Assembly (NCBI GenBank): GCA_965112735.1
Contig: OZ218961.1
Coordinates: 434,001 to 498,000 of the forward strand
DNA from: Phaeosaccion multiseriatum
Lineage: Eukaryota > Protista > Ochrophyta, other classes
DNA: 64,000 bases
Direction of reading: 5' to 3'
The notes under the pieces are model-generated. The model ran no database searches and had not been told where the DNA came from. It saw only the letters and a list, made by a program, of their open reading frames with translations. A program made the position numbers and the translations under genes. This document shows positions 1-13,249 of this stretch, one piece after another. How positions within the stretch are numbered: the stretch's first letter is position 1; each line of letters starts with the position of its first letter.

Positions 1-94
1 CGAGGGCTCAAAGGTGACTCAAAAGCGGTTCAAACGGCTCTTCATTCGTGCCTCAAGTCTCACTCAACTGCGAAAGCACAGTAAGAGAGATTGG

Positions 95-157
95 TGGGCT
101 CGGCTTGCATGTGACTGGGCTCGACTTGCATGTGACTGGGCTCGGCTTGCACGTGAC
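95..157. repeat. 21-bp tandem repeat x3 (TGGGCTCGGCTTGCATGTGAC)
   Basis: Three near-identical adjacent units at 95, 116 and 137. Confidence 0.9.
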
Positions 158-705
158 AGTTTCTGCTGCACACTCGCACGAGTGGAATGCTCATACTACA
201 CACAGTTAAAGAAGTAAGGGCATTTTCACATTAAAAAAAAGCGGAGTCAGGGGGGTCGGACTCAAAGGCATTCCGTGTTTGGTGGACAACAACAACAGCA
301 ACAAACCAACTAGAGCCTTCTCTTCTCAAAAGAGAGAGAGAGAGAGACACTCACTACTTTTCGTTGCTGCTACCCAATCAAACACGTCGATTGTTGCTCC
401 TTCCGAGTCGTCATTACCGCCCCACTTTCAACAGCTCTTGTGCCCTTACCCCCTGTCTGCGTATGTGTGTCTCTCTTACTCTCTCTCTCCCTCCTTCTCC
501 TTCCGTCCCTCCCTCCCTCCCTCCCTCCCTCCCCTCCCTCTCTCCCCACCCTATGCCCTCTCTCTCCGAGAAGAATCAACAAAAAGAGTATGGTGCCTCG
601 CCGCCCACCCGCCCACCCTCCCGTCCTTCCCTCCCCCCGAGCTCATATGCCTCTAAATGATAGGCTCTTCTGGAGATCTCCGCCGCTATGTGGAGGCCTC
701 CGCCG

Positions 706-3299
706 CTATTTGGAGGCCTCCAGCGCCTCCTTGGCGGCTCGAGCAATGTCCTCCCTCGGAATAGGCGTCCCGGTGACCTCCTTGTAGGCAGTCACCTCCC
801 CGGCTGTGTTGACAACGAGATACCCGCCCAGGGTTAGTCCGTCCCCCTTCATGTTCCCCTCGATGTTATTGTCCTTCAGGCGTTTGCCGAGGGCGGAGAA
901 TTCTCGGTAAATCTTGATGGGGTTCCTGTGCACAGGTAGGCAGATAGGTAGGCAGATGGGTAGGTACATGGGTACGTACGTACGTAGGTAAGTCGGTAGG
1001 TGGGTAGGTAAGTAGGTAAGAAGGAGAAGGGAGGGAAGTGGGGTAGGTGGGGAGGTAAGGGGACGTAGGTAGGTAGGAGGAGGGAAGAAAGGAAGGAAGG
1101 TAGGCAAGGCAGTTACCAATAATACCCTGTCTTCCCCTTCTCTTATCCTACTCTACCCTGCCTTACCCTACCCTGCCCTATCCCACCCTACCCCACCCTC
1201 CCTACCCTACCCCCCCGGTGCACCTTACTCACCAGGAGGTGGGCATGAGGGAGAGCTTGTTGTCGCCAAGGGCCTCGTAGAACGACTTGTTTGTGTCTGG
1301 GGGGCAGGGCGGTGGAGGAATATGGGTGGTGTCGGAGGCATGTCGTACGGGTGCGCAGTCACATACTTACAGAGGCTTGTATTGGCACACACACACCCTT
1401 CCTCTGTCCCTCTTCCTCTGTCCGCTTGTATTGGCACACACACACTCTTCCTCTGTCCCTCTTCCTCTGTCCGCTTGTATTGGCACACACACACTCTTCC
1501 TCTGTCCCTCTTTCTCACCCTCTCTCTCCCCGTCTCTACCACCCTCTCTCTTGCCCTCCCTCCCCCCCTCTTACTCTCTCTCTCTCTCTCTGTGTGTGTG
1601 TGTATGCTCTGCATGCCTTTATCAGTGGCGGTTCTTACCGAGGAAGAAGCCGTCATTGTCGGCAAAGTATTTGTTCTCGAACTCCCCGACGCCGAGCTCC
1701 TCGTCGGTCTGGTATATAAATAAGATGGAGAGGAGGCATGGTTTTGGAGAGACAGAGGGGGTGGGACAAAATGATATACATAAACTATTCTATTCCCTAT
1801 CTGTATAAACAGATAGAGAGTGGATATATATACAGTGGGTATATAGACAGAGAGTGGATCGTGTGTAAAACAGGATGTGCGAGGCGGGGAGGGGGGTTCT
1901 TGGAGCGGTGATTGCAGAGGGTAAAGTATCATCTGTAGAACAGACCTACATGCACATGTACGCATACACATACACACACGCACATACGCACACACACACG
2001 CACGCACATACGCACACACATACACACACATACGGACACACACACATACGCACCAGGACTTTCCCCACGGGTGCCAGTTCCTTGACAACGCCGTACAGAT
2101 TGAGGCCCTCGAAGAGCCCTGGGGGATAGAGGAGGGGAGAGGAGAGTGGGGGGACAGGGGGGTTTGAGATGGAGCAGGGAGAGTGGGGAGAGAGAGAGGG
2201 AGAGAGACAGAGAGAGGCAGAAAGAGAAAGAGAGACAAAGAGAGAGAGAGAGAGGGAGGGACAAGAGAGAGAGTGGCAGTAGAGTGGGGTATATAGAACG
2301 GAGAACGAAGGTAGAGGGAGAGGGATGGAGAGGAAGAGAGAGGAGGGGGGTGGGGGCAGAGAGTGAGAGGCATACGAGTAGGCAAGTGCGAAGGCTGAGC
2401 GTGACTTGCGTGGAGAGATGTAAATCACGCCGCCTTATCATGCGCCTCATCTCCGGCCCTTCCTCGCTCAACTCTTTCTCTCTCTCTCCTTCTCTCTCTC
2501 TCTCTCCTCCCTCCCTCCTCTCTCTCGTCTTCTCCCTTCCTTGCTCATTCCCTCTCTGTGCTCTCCTCTGCTCTCACCCTCTTTTTTCATTTCCATGAAT
2601 TCCCGGGCTTCGTCCCTGATGAGAGAGAAGAAGAAAAAACGGAGACGGGGGTAGAGAGAAGGTCGTGGAGAGGCAGGCAGGGGGGGGCGTGGGAGAGCAG
2701 ACATTAGATTACACCAACAGTTAGCGTGCATAATTCATATGCAAGATGTTGTAGTGGAGCATCCCGGCTTCCACGGTGACCTTGCACTACTCCCAACACG
2801 ATCCAATGAGGCACGGGCACTACTTACGCCAACACTAAATGATGCTACTGCTCTTACCGGCACAGGGGTCATCCCGACCTCCGCACTGCGAAAACCACTG
2901 CGAGTAGATGGGGGGGGGGGGCGGGGAGGAGAGCATGCACGCGACAAGGGGGGCAGCTGTGAGAATAGGAGGGAGACAAGTGAACAAGGAAGGAGAGGGG
3001 GGGGTGTGAGAAGCCGTGAAGCAGTCCATCCGCTCTACCTTACCCGCAGGCTTCGACTCCCACAGGGAAGCTCCCAGCACAGTTTCGTCGGACTTGATGG
3101 CGCCGTTTGCCACAGGCCTTAGCACTGCCTCGGCCAGGAGAGTCTTTCCGTGTGATGAGATTTCCACCTTTGTCCCGGGCGGCGATGGGCTCGACGCCGC
3201 CATGGACGGGCAGGTTGAGAAGGCCTGCGACACCCCAACGAGGGCTAAGGTTCCCAGCAGCAGCAGCTTCCCTGCCCTTTGGGTGTGAACTTGCAGCAT
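706..3299 (-). CDS. SELENOU: Selenoprotein U / PRXL2-like (AhpC-TSA_2) thioredoxin-fold protein with Sec in a UxxC motif; probable plastid-targeting N-terminus
   Basis: Seven phase-consistent GT-AG exons: 3044-3299, 2858-2897, 2578-2615, 2054-2118, 1639-1708, 1233-1296, 706-925. The spliced protein reads LWESKPAVVFAVRRSG[TGA]PLCRDEA...LYGVVKE...LGVGEFENKYF...FYEALG...GNMKGDGLTLGGYLVV, matching the SelU/PRXL2A pattern RRxG(U/C)xLCRxEA. The N-terminus is LLLLGTLALVGVSQA-FS. Confidence 0.85.
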
Positions 3300-3443
3300 G
3301 ATTTGAGTGATTCAGCAAAAAAGAAAAAAGAAAAAAAGGAATGCCGTGGGCTGCCATCCGATGCCACTGTTTTGAATCCGATCATCGATCCTCTTGTCAA
3401 GCACCCATCTATCTCAAGCTTACTCCTTGGTCTGCTCGCCACG
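3300..3443. promoter_or_regulatory. Probable compact bidirectional promoter/5'UTR region
   Basis: Only 144 bp separate the divergent start codons at 3299 (-) and 3444 (+). Confidence 0.5.
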
Positions 3444-6400
3444 ATGCCGACTGTGTCGCTGGCGTCCGAAGGAAGCTGGGCGGAGGCCTTGGGAAAGGAT
3501 AGTGGCTCCCAACTCGCAGACCTCGCGTCCAAAGGCCACCGCGAAGGAGCGAGAGGGGCGCTACAGCTGTTGAAAGAGGCGACAAGGGTCTTGGAAGAGC
3601 GAGTTGCGAAGGCAGAGAGAGTCGCCGAAGGGGCAGAAGGAGGAGGAGGAAGAGGAGGAGGAGTCACAGCACCGGCGATGAAGAAAGAAGCAATAGAAAC
3701 AGGAAGGAGCTGCATAGTACCGGCTGTCCAGGTAAATCCTCACCAAGGGGGGGGAAGCGCCACTACACCACGCTTCTCCTTCCCTCCCTCTTGTGCCGTT
3801 TGTCTCACGTCTTGGCTCTCCCTCAGTGGGGCAAGACGATGTGTCGGGGCTCAAATTTCCGTGAAGAGATACCACGGCAACGGAAGAGCACGAGGCTATA
3901 CACTGCTTCTTCACTCTCTCTCTCTTCCCCTTTCTATGTCTCTATCTCTATCTACCACCACCTCTTTGGTGGCACCATCTCCTTCCTCACAGCAGCCCCT
4001 GCAACCCCTCGTGCTACCTCCCTGTGGCACTCTCGTAATGTCCTTATACACAGTGCATTCACCCTCGTGGCCGCTTCGACGTGACAATGAAGGAGTCAGG
4101 TATGGGAGAAGAGGGGGAGAGAGAAGGAGAGGTGTTTGGAATTGAAATTGGAGGAGGAAGGATGAGGTAGAGGGGGGGAGGAGGGGAGAGGGGAGAAGAG
4201 GAGAGGAGAGAAGAGGAGGGAGAAGGGGAAGGGAGAACAGAAGAGGAGGAGAAAAGGAGGAGAGAGGAGGAGAGACAAGGAGAGCAGAGGAGAGACGAAG
4301 AGAGAAAAGAGCGGACTCTACTGCTGCCCCCCCCACCCTCTCCCCTCTACCTTGTGACTCACATCAACCCCGTGCCCCCCCCCACTCCCTCTCCCCTTCC
4401 TTCCCCGGCCCCGCACAGGCATTGAGCTCGTCGGAAAGACGAGTGTCGCGACGACTTGGGCCAATGTGACACACGTCATCAGATTCGCCAAGCCCGACAA
4501 CTACGCCACCTCATCGGTGAGGGGATGGCAGTGGATGGTGCAAGGGGAAGGGGATGGACCTTGTTGCTCGTTGATCTCTCTCTCTCTCTCTCTCTCCTCC
4601 TCGCGATACTCGACAAAGAGAGGACCTAATGCACTCACTCTTGGGTGCTGACTTGGATCCGAATCTGTACTACACTCTTACGAGGCCCCCCTCCTTCCCC
4701 TCTCCATCACCCACTGGTCTACACCTCCTCCCCTCCGCCCGCCCTTTTGCTCGTCCGGCGCGGTCTCGGTCTTTATCCAACTGGCGACTATGCAGAAGGC
4801 CCCATCTGCTTACATGGTCGTTCTGGCGCTGCAGACCCCCGTCATGCTGGGCAAGAGCTCCAGCAAGGTGATCTGTCTGCAGCTGTCCGGCAAGTATGAA
4901 AAGGGTAAGGAGAACGCCACCCTCACCATCGCGGGGCCAGCTGGCGGTGGTACCGCAGTTGGTGATACATCAGCGGGAGGAGGAGGAGGAGAAGGGGCTG
5001 AGGTGTTGAAGGGCCTTCCCTTCGAAGTGTTCTCAGCGGCGGTGGGGAAGCTCTCAAGGAAGCGCATACACAGCCCAAGCAGCTCCGTATTTCTCACCAA
5101 GGACAGCAAGGTAAGATAGAAAGAAAGAGAGAGAGAGATCGAGAGAAAGAAGAGAGACTAGGAAAGAGAGAACACACACTCACAGATAGCGGAGACAAAG
5201 AGGGAGAGAGAACGTACATGCACAGGGAGAGAGAGAGAGCATCTTGTTTCCTCCTCCTCCTGTGCTGCTGTGCCTCTGCCTTCAGTTCTGCTTGACTGCC
5301 TGATTCATTGCCCGTACTGCTGTATCACCAACTGCTGTGGCTATCCCTTGGCCTATGCAAAGTGCTTCTCTTGACCCTTCCCTCTCCCCTTCCCTTTCAC
5401 CCCAACCCTCCCTCACTCCCTCTTTCCCTCCCTCCCTCCCTCTTTCCCTCCCTCCCTCCCTCCCTCCCTCCCTCCCTCCCTCCCTCCCTCCCTCCCTCCC
5501 TCCCTCCCTCCCTCCCTCCCTCCCTCCCTCCCTCCCTCCCTCCCTCCCTCCCTCCCTCCCTCCCTCCCTCCCTCCCTCCCTCCCTCCCTCCCTCCCTCCC
5601 TCCCTCTCTCCCTCTCTCCCTCGATCTCTCCCTCCCTCTCTCCCTCCCTCCCTCCCTCTCTCCCTCCCTCCCTCTCTCCCTCCCTCCCTCCCTCCCCCCC
5701 CCCCCCCCCGCCCCTCCATATCCCTCACACTCAGGACTTTGTTGGGTGTCATCACGGTGTGAACGAAGGCGCTCTTCTGCCCCTCAAGGTCGGCTTGCTC
5801 TTCTTCAAGCCCACTTTGTTCATCCCCAGAGCGGAACTCTCCTCTATACAGGTATGTGCCTGTCTCTCTCTTCTTCGCCCTGTCGTCCTATCCCTCTTTC
5901 TCTCTCTTTCTCCCTCTCTCTCTGTCTCTCTTTCTCCCTCCCTTTCTCCCTCTCTCTCTCCCTCTATCTCTCTCTCCCTTTCTCCCTCTCTCTCTCCCTC
6001 TATCTCTCTCTCCCTCTGTCTCTCTCTCTTTCTCTCTCTGTCTCCCTCTCTCTCACCTCTCTCTATCTGATGTGGTTCCCTCATCGTCCTCATTGCCCGG
6101 ATCCCCTTACATCCCATACACCCATACATCCCATCACACATACCCTATATATACCCTATACATATACCCTAATATAAACCCATACATACCCTATATATAC
6201 CCTCTGTAGGTCGGCAGGGGCGGCTGCGCACAAACCCGCTACGTGGACCTCCATGTCACCACATCAGAGGAGGGAGGGGGGGGGGAGGAAGATACCCTCA
6301 CCGAGTTCACCAACATCGACAGAGACCATGTGCCCGCCCTTCAGGTGAGTGCGGAGGACGAAGGAGGCAGGCAGGCAGTACGGAGAAGCACCACCCCCCC

Positions 6401-7328
6401 CCTCTCCTCCTCCCTCTGTTGTACATCCTCCTCCCCCCTCCACGATTGTGTGTAGTATGTAACACTACGTATTACAATGTTTTATATTCGCTTTGCTTTT
6501 GGTGGCTTCGTTTCGGCTTTTGGCCTGTGTTCGGTCCGCCTTTATTAGTTTGCGGTTCGGTTCGAGTGTTCGTCGGTTTCGGAATGTGGCAGGGACATGA
6601 ATACGGCTTCTTACGTAATGGTATATATATATATGGTATGTCTCACGATCCTTGCTTGGCCATCCCTCCTATGATGGCTTGTCGAACAGGCATACGTGGG
6701 GCTGTTGATCGCGGCACGGAGCAAGGAGGAGGCCAAGGAGAAGAAGGCAGAGGCAGCAGCAGCAGCAGCAGCAGTTGGTGATGAGGCAGCTGCAGCAGGG
6801 GGCAAGGCGGGAGGAGGAGCGGGGGCGACAGCTCCCTCCTCAGAGGCCGGCATGCCAGGGGTGGCAGCAGCAGGAGCAGCAGCAGCAGCAGTTGGTGATA
6901 CGGCAGCCAAGGCATCGTCGTCGATGGAGGAAGATGATCCGGCGGCGGATGGGGAGGGGCGAAGGACGACATCGGGGCGAGCGGCAGCAGCGGTGGCGGC
7001 AACACGTACCCAAGAGGAGCTTGGTGAGAGAGAGGGGGGGGGGGAGGAGGGGGAGGAGGATAGCGATAGCGACGATGAAGAGGATGAGGACTACCAGCCG
7101 GCGGCGGTGAGCAGCGGCGAGGAGGGGGGAGGGGGGTGGGAGGAGGAGGAGGAGGAGGGGGAGGAGGAGGAGGAGGAGGAGGGGGAGGAGGAGGAGGGGG
7201 AGGAGGGGGAGGAGGAGGAGGAGGCGGCGGAGGAAGGGGAGGGGGAGAAGGGGGAGGAGGGGAGTGGGGATGAGACGGAAGAGGAAGGAGAGGGCCCAGC
7301 CAAGAAGAGGGCCAAGATGGCTGCTTGA
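3444..7328 (+). CDS. Rtt106/SSRP1-type double-PH histone chaperone with acidic C-terminal tail
   Basis: Exons 3444-3731, 4054-4099, 4419-4516, 4796-5110, 5735-5851, 6210-6344 and 6690-7328 are all in phase. Motifs: CIHPRGRFDV, VGCHHGVNEGALLPLKVGLLFFKPTLFIP, TRYVDLHV, EFTNIDRD. A long E/D tail ends in an NLS-like PAKKRAK. Confidence 0.8.
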
Positions 7329-7616
7329 CACTTGCGCGAAGTTGTAGTTTCTAGTTTCAGTGTGTAGCCCTTATCCAAAATACAAATACAGCCATACAGC
7401 CATACAGGATGAGACATGTGTGTAAAGGCGTGGGATACACGACAAGGAGCGATGGAGCGTAAGGTTAAGGTTCCTCCCACCACAGAGAGGAAAGGAGAGG
7501 AGAGGAGATGAACCAACGACAGGAGGCGAGGGCCCAAATACTTACGGAGACTTGACTCCTCTGGCCTTACGCCAGTCAGGAAGGAAGGGGCTTACGTCGG
7601 ATGGGATAGGGGGGAA

Positions 7617-7845
7617 ACCCCCTCTGTGTCTGTTGGCTCTGTCTGTTGGCACCCCCTCTGTGTCTGTTGGCACCCGTTGGCACCCCTCTGTGTCTGTTGG
7701 CTCTGTCTGTTGGCACCCCTCTGTGTCTGTTGGCACCCGTTGGCACCCCTCTGTGTCTGTGGGCACCCCCTCTGTGTCTGTTGGCACCCCCTCTGTGTCT
7801 GTTGGCACCCGTTGGCACCCCTCTGTGTCTGTGGGCACCCCCTCA
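7617..7845. repeat. Minisatellite of CCCCTCTGTGTCTGTTGGCA(CCCGTTGGCA) units between convergent genes
   Basis: About 8 imperfect 20-33 bp units are directly visible. Confidence 0.9.
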
Positions 7846-8174
7846 ATCTCTCTCTGTCCTCCTTCCGCAGAGTCGAGAGGTTCGAAAACGAAACTCGCCT
7901 CCCCTCTTCCCCTCTTCCCCTCCAGACGATTCGAGAATTCTGGATTTGCATCGATTTTATATAATATATATACTATATGTAACACATATATAATAGCTAT
8001 TATATATATCGATGCGGTGTGTGGGTGTGTGTGTGGACGGGTTCGCCTCCAATTGTCTCATCTGTTCAAAACGCCTTGTGACGCAACGCAAATGTCAAAC
8101 ACCAAGCGCCACCACCGCCGCTCTCTGCTGCGGCTCTTTTCATTGTAGGACCCCTGTTGCTGCTGCTGCTACCC

Positions 8175-9613
8175 CTACTGCTTCGCATGTGCGACCTTCA
8201 CCATCTCCTCGACATCTGTGAGCTTCTCCCGCACCTTCCCTCGGCGCTCGCCCCTCTCTATCTCCTCATGGTCGATGCGCTGATGCCCACTCCAGTCCAC
8301 CACCTCACTCTCCCGACCCCTCTCTCTCAGCAGCCCGATGACAGCCTCACCCCCCTTCTTGCTGCAGAGAGCTCTGTCGTCAAGGGGGTCGCTGCTTGAG
8401 TTTGAGTTTGAGTTTGAGTTGGAGTTTGAGTTGGAGTTTGTTTTGTTTTGTAGGTGTGTTAGGGGGGTTGGGGTGGGGTGGTTGGAACATTTGGGGGGGG
8501 GGGGGTATGAGAGACGTGGGGGGGGGGGGAGGGAGGAAGAAGCACAGGATCAGAGGGGTGGGGAGAGGAATAGTGGGGGAGAGAGTGAGCATGAGAGAGG
8601 GAGACAACACGAAAGACAGGCGATGAAGGAGAGAGGGAGGAGGAGGACACGCTGTAGTAGCAGCGGTGAGGAAGAGAAGACTACCACAAGGTTGCTCGAA
8701 GCCGGAGGAGCACGACGCCACAACCTTCCCATCAACTGCCATCCCTACCCCACCCAATCCACTACACCACACCACCACCACCACCACCATCACCACCACC
8801 ACCACCACCACCACCACCACCAGTACCATCAGCAGCAGCAGGAACACAAACACAAGAGACAGAGACAGACAGAGATACAGACACAAGGAGGAACAAAGAG
8901 ACAAATGGCTCCTCACCTCCTGAGGTCCTCAAGGATGCTTGACACCGTCTCCCGGGCATCGCCAACGTTGGTGCCGATAATTCCCCGGGGACCTCTCTTG
9001 ACCCACCCTGAGCAGTACACTCCACCCAGTTCCCCCTCCCCACCCCCCCCTCCTCCTCCTTCTCCTCGTCCTCTCTCTCTCTTCAGCACCCGGCCCTTGT
9101 CGTTGATGAGTACGGCTCTCTTCTCGTCAAAGGGCAAGGATGATGACCCCTTCGCAAGGGGTGAACGTGACTCTGGGCTTGAAGGTGCCCCCTGTTTTTC
9201 TGTTTGTAGAGTACTCAAGGGTAAGCTACGGTATCCAATACTGCTGAGCACCAGCCCTGCCTCCACCACCTTTCACGTCACGAGGAATGGATGGGGTAAG
9301 GAAGGGGGTGATGCGGAGGAAGAGGGGAGGAGGAGGAGGAGGAGGAGGAGGAGGAGGAGGAGGAGGAGGAGGAGGAGGAGGAGGAGGAGGAGGAGGAGGA
9401 GGAGGAGGAGGAGGAGGAGGAGGAGGAGGAGGAGGAGGAGAGAGGGTAGAAAGGGAGGGGGAGGGGAGAAGAGGAGGGGAGGAGGGGAGGGCATGAGTCA
9501 GACAGTCAGGCACACAACCATTGAAGAGGGCCACGCTTTCATTCGGACTTGTTGCACACCCACGTGAAAACACACACGTACACACGCACGAAACACACTC
9601 ACACTGTCTCTCT

Positions 9614-9691
<78 letters not shown>

Positions 9692-10622
9692 CCCTGTACT
9701 GACCATGCCCAGCCCTGCGCTCTCACCATTGTCTGCCCCGTGCCCACAGCGCCTTGCTTCTCATCAAGGCGATTGCGCTCCAGTACCAGGGACCCCACCC
9801 TCCCCGGGGGGCCATCGTCTCTGGCCCGCAGCTCCGTCGGAGAGAGCAGAAATCTCAGCTGAATCTGCTTCTCCTGGTGCCCCTCCTTCCCGCCTCTTCC
9901 TCCTCCTCCTCCTCCTCCTCCTCCTCCTCCTCCTCCTCCTCCTCCTCCCCCTGCTGCTGTATCACCAACTGCTGATGACGAGGACGCTGCCACCTCCTCC
10001 AGCAGCTTGTTGATGCGCTGCTTGGGCCGTGTGGCCTCCAGCACCGCTACACTCTCCGGAGTGAGGCCCGCCTCCATCTCGCTCTTGTCCACGTATAGAC
10101 GGGCGTAACCGTTCAGCTTGGTGAGCTCGCGTAGCTCCTGGTGGGGGAGGAGAGGGAGAGAGGGGGAGAGGGAAGGACGGGGGAAAGAGAGAGGGGGAGA
10201 GGGAGGGAGGGAGGAAGGGAGGGAGAGAGGGAGAGAGAGACGAAGAGAGGGAGGGAGAGTTTTGGGAGAGCGACAAAAGTGATACAGACGGAGAAATAGA
10301 GAGAGATAAGGAACCCGACCAACAGCAGCGAAGGAGGGGGGGGCATTTGTTTGACCATGACAAACACTTGATGATCAAGCCTTACCATACCCTCCTCTCT
10401 GTCCTCCATTTCACCCATCCCCTCATCACCCCACCAGTGCATGAGGTGCATGGCACCTGCCTTGCCCGCACACACACACACACGCACGCACGCATGCACA
10501 CAAACACGCACACACACACGCACACACACATGCACACACACATGCACACAAACACGCACGAAAGTACACACGCACTAGAGTACACACGTACCCCCACGCA
10601 CGCACGCACACCCACACCCAAC

Positions 10623-10674
<52 letters not shown>

Positions 10675-12199
10675 AACACACGTCCATTGCCATGCGCCAC
10701 CCACCCATCCACTGCCATCCACCCACCCATCCACTGCCATCCACCCACCTTGATGGAGAAGGCCGCCTGCACATGACCCCTTCTGCCCACCAGCCACACC
10801 TCCTCCAAGCTTCCCCCGTGCTCTTCCATAACGCGTGTGGCGTGAGAAGCCACGTCGGTGTGGGCCAGCCCCGCGGCTCCTGCTTGACGTGTTGGGGATG
10901 TTCGTAGGTTGGTTGTTCGTGCATCACATTTGGCACCAGGTGTGTGCGTGTGTGTGTGTTCAGTCGCAGGCGGTAGGGTAGGGTCGATTGGGCGGTCGGT
11001 CAATGGAAATATGTAAGGCAAGAGAGAGAGAGAGGGGGGGGGGGGAGACGGAGAGAGACGAGAGACGAGAGTGAGAGGGAGAGAGAGAAGAAAGAGGGGG
11101 GGCACACTAAGGTCTAAGATATATGCAGCAATACAATTAGAGTGATTGAATTTCAATCAAAAATCGAAACCTCCACAAACTCAAACTCAAACTCGCACTC
11201 CCACGCACGCGCTCACCCTTGGCGAGGAAGCGAGCGCAGTCCAGCGCAACGTTGCCCACTCCGATGACGACGGCCCGTTTGGTGCCATCCAACGCCTTGC
11301 CCACGGCAGAGGAGAGGTGAGTGTAGTCGGGATGAGCATTGTACCAATGCACAAACTCACGCGCTGAGAAAACTCCCTCCAATTCCTCTCCTGATGGTGT
11401 AGGGGGTGGAGAAGGGGTCGATGGTGGTGGTGGTGGGGGGGGGGGCGTGTGTGTTGTGTATATATGTGTGGGAGTGTGTGTGTGTGTGGGGGGGGGGGGG
11501 AGTGTGTGTGTGTGTGGGAGTGTGTGTGGGAGTGTGTGTGGGAGTGTGTGTGGGAGTGTGTGTGTGTGTGTGTGTGTGTGAGTGTGTGTGTATGTGTGTT
11601 ATGTGTTGTGTGTTGTGTGTGTGTGTGTGAGTGTGTGTGTGTGTGAGTGTGTGTATGTGTGTGTATGTGTGTGTGTATGTGTGTGTATGTGTGTGTGTGT
11701 GCGTGTGTGTGTTGTGTATGTGTGTGCGTGAGAGAGAGAGAGTTGGAGGTGGTGGGGGGCGTGGTGGTGTTGGTTGGTGGTGGTGAGGGGAGGGGATAGG
11801 GGTGGGAGGTATGGAGTGTGTGTGTGCGTGCGTGCGTGTGTGTTGTGTTGTGTGTGTGTGAATGTGTTGTATGTGTTAGAGTACGGATGTTCGTTACAGG
11901 ACTCGGAGGACTGCTTCTTTTCAAGTCGTACAAACGGCACAGAAAAGAGGTACACACCCCACTTCTCTCCCTCCCTCCATCCATCCATCCATCCATCCCT
12001 TTCCCCTCATCCCTCACTCACTCACTCACTCACTCACCCTTAACCTCCATGTCCTTGCAGCCGCTCGCTCCATAGGCCAGGACCACAGCGTGGTAGTTCT
12101 CCCTCAGCTCCTCCACGCTCACGTCTCGTCCCACCGTTACATTTCCCAGGTAGCGCAGGCGGGGGTCTATAGCGACCTTTGATACATATAATATATATA

Positions 12200-12231
<32 letters not shown>

Positions 12232-12522
12232 CAACATATACATATATATATATAGGATGCACATGGATACATGCATGTAGGAGGCATATGGGCAAGGGGG
12301 AGGGCAGAGCGCCACGGTCAGCAGCAGCAGCAGCAGGCCGTGACAAACTATACGCGTTGCACGTGCAGTCTCTCTCTCTCTGCATATGTTCGTGTGTGTA
12401 TGCCTCCCTCTCTCTCGCCCTCCCTCCTCCTCCTCCTCCTCCTCCTCCTCCTCCTCCTCCTCCTCTCTCCGAGTATCACCCCCCCCCCCTCCGCCCCGCC
12501 CAACTCCTTCCCGGCCCCTCTT

Positions 12523-12564
<42 letters not shown>

Positions 12565-13249
12565 CCTCTCCCTGTCTGTCTGTCTGCCTCTTCCTCCCAT
12601 TCACTCCCCCACCCCCCTTCATCCCTCCATCCACACCCCATACCTCAGAAAAGTCATTTTGGACGGCCTTCACCTCGGGATGATCGGGAGCGACTCCCGA
12701 CCGCACCAGGCCGAAAGGGGTGGGCAAGCGATCAATCACATCGACGAGTACAGAGGAGGGCAGTGGAGCCTGTACATCCACCTCCCCTGCAGCTGCCGCC
12801 TCCTCTGCTGCTGCTGCTGCTGCTGCTCCTGGTAGTACTGCTTCTCCCCCCTCCGCACCCCCCCCCTTACGATTCTTATGTACTCTGCCGCCGTGCTTTA
12901 GCTCCTTCAGCAGATACTTTGCCGTATAAAAGCCCGCCGGCCCTGACCCAACCACACACACTTGGAGAGGCGAGGTGCCGTCTACTGCTGCTTCCGCTGC
13001 TGATCCTGATGACGACGAGAACGATAGAGACGACTTTGGCGGTGTTGTCGCTGTCCACCCGGCCGAAGTGGAGCAACACAGGCTGCCTTCCCCCCTCCTC
13101 CTCCTCTTCACACCACCGAGCTGTCTATTTCTACAGCTATCTGCACTCCAAGAAAAGCCTCCTACGAGTGAGGAACCGCTGCTTCTCCTACTACTGCTGC
13201 ATATGACACCATATCGTATCCCCCGCATGGCCCGCAGAGGGAAAGCCAT
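8175..13249 (-). CDS. FDXR: NADPH:adrenodoxin oxidoreductase (mitochondrial ferredoxin reductase, Arh1/FDXR)
   Basis: Exons 12644-13249, 12038-12176, 11217-11390, 10749-10879, 9727-10137, 8917-9269 and 8175-8391 are in phase. Motifs: VCVVGSGPAGFY, PTPFGLVRSGVAPDHPEVK, VVIGVGNVALD, VGRRG, ELREL, SIGYRS, SGWVKRGPRGIIGTN, REKL. The N-terminus is an Arg/Ser-rich presequence. Confidence 0.95.

Noticed and set aside
8396-8440. (TTTGAG)n as an interstitial telomere
   Set aside because: It is short, is not the TTAGGG/TTTAGGG unit, and sits at an intron 3' end like the other microsatellites.
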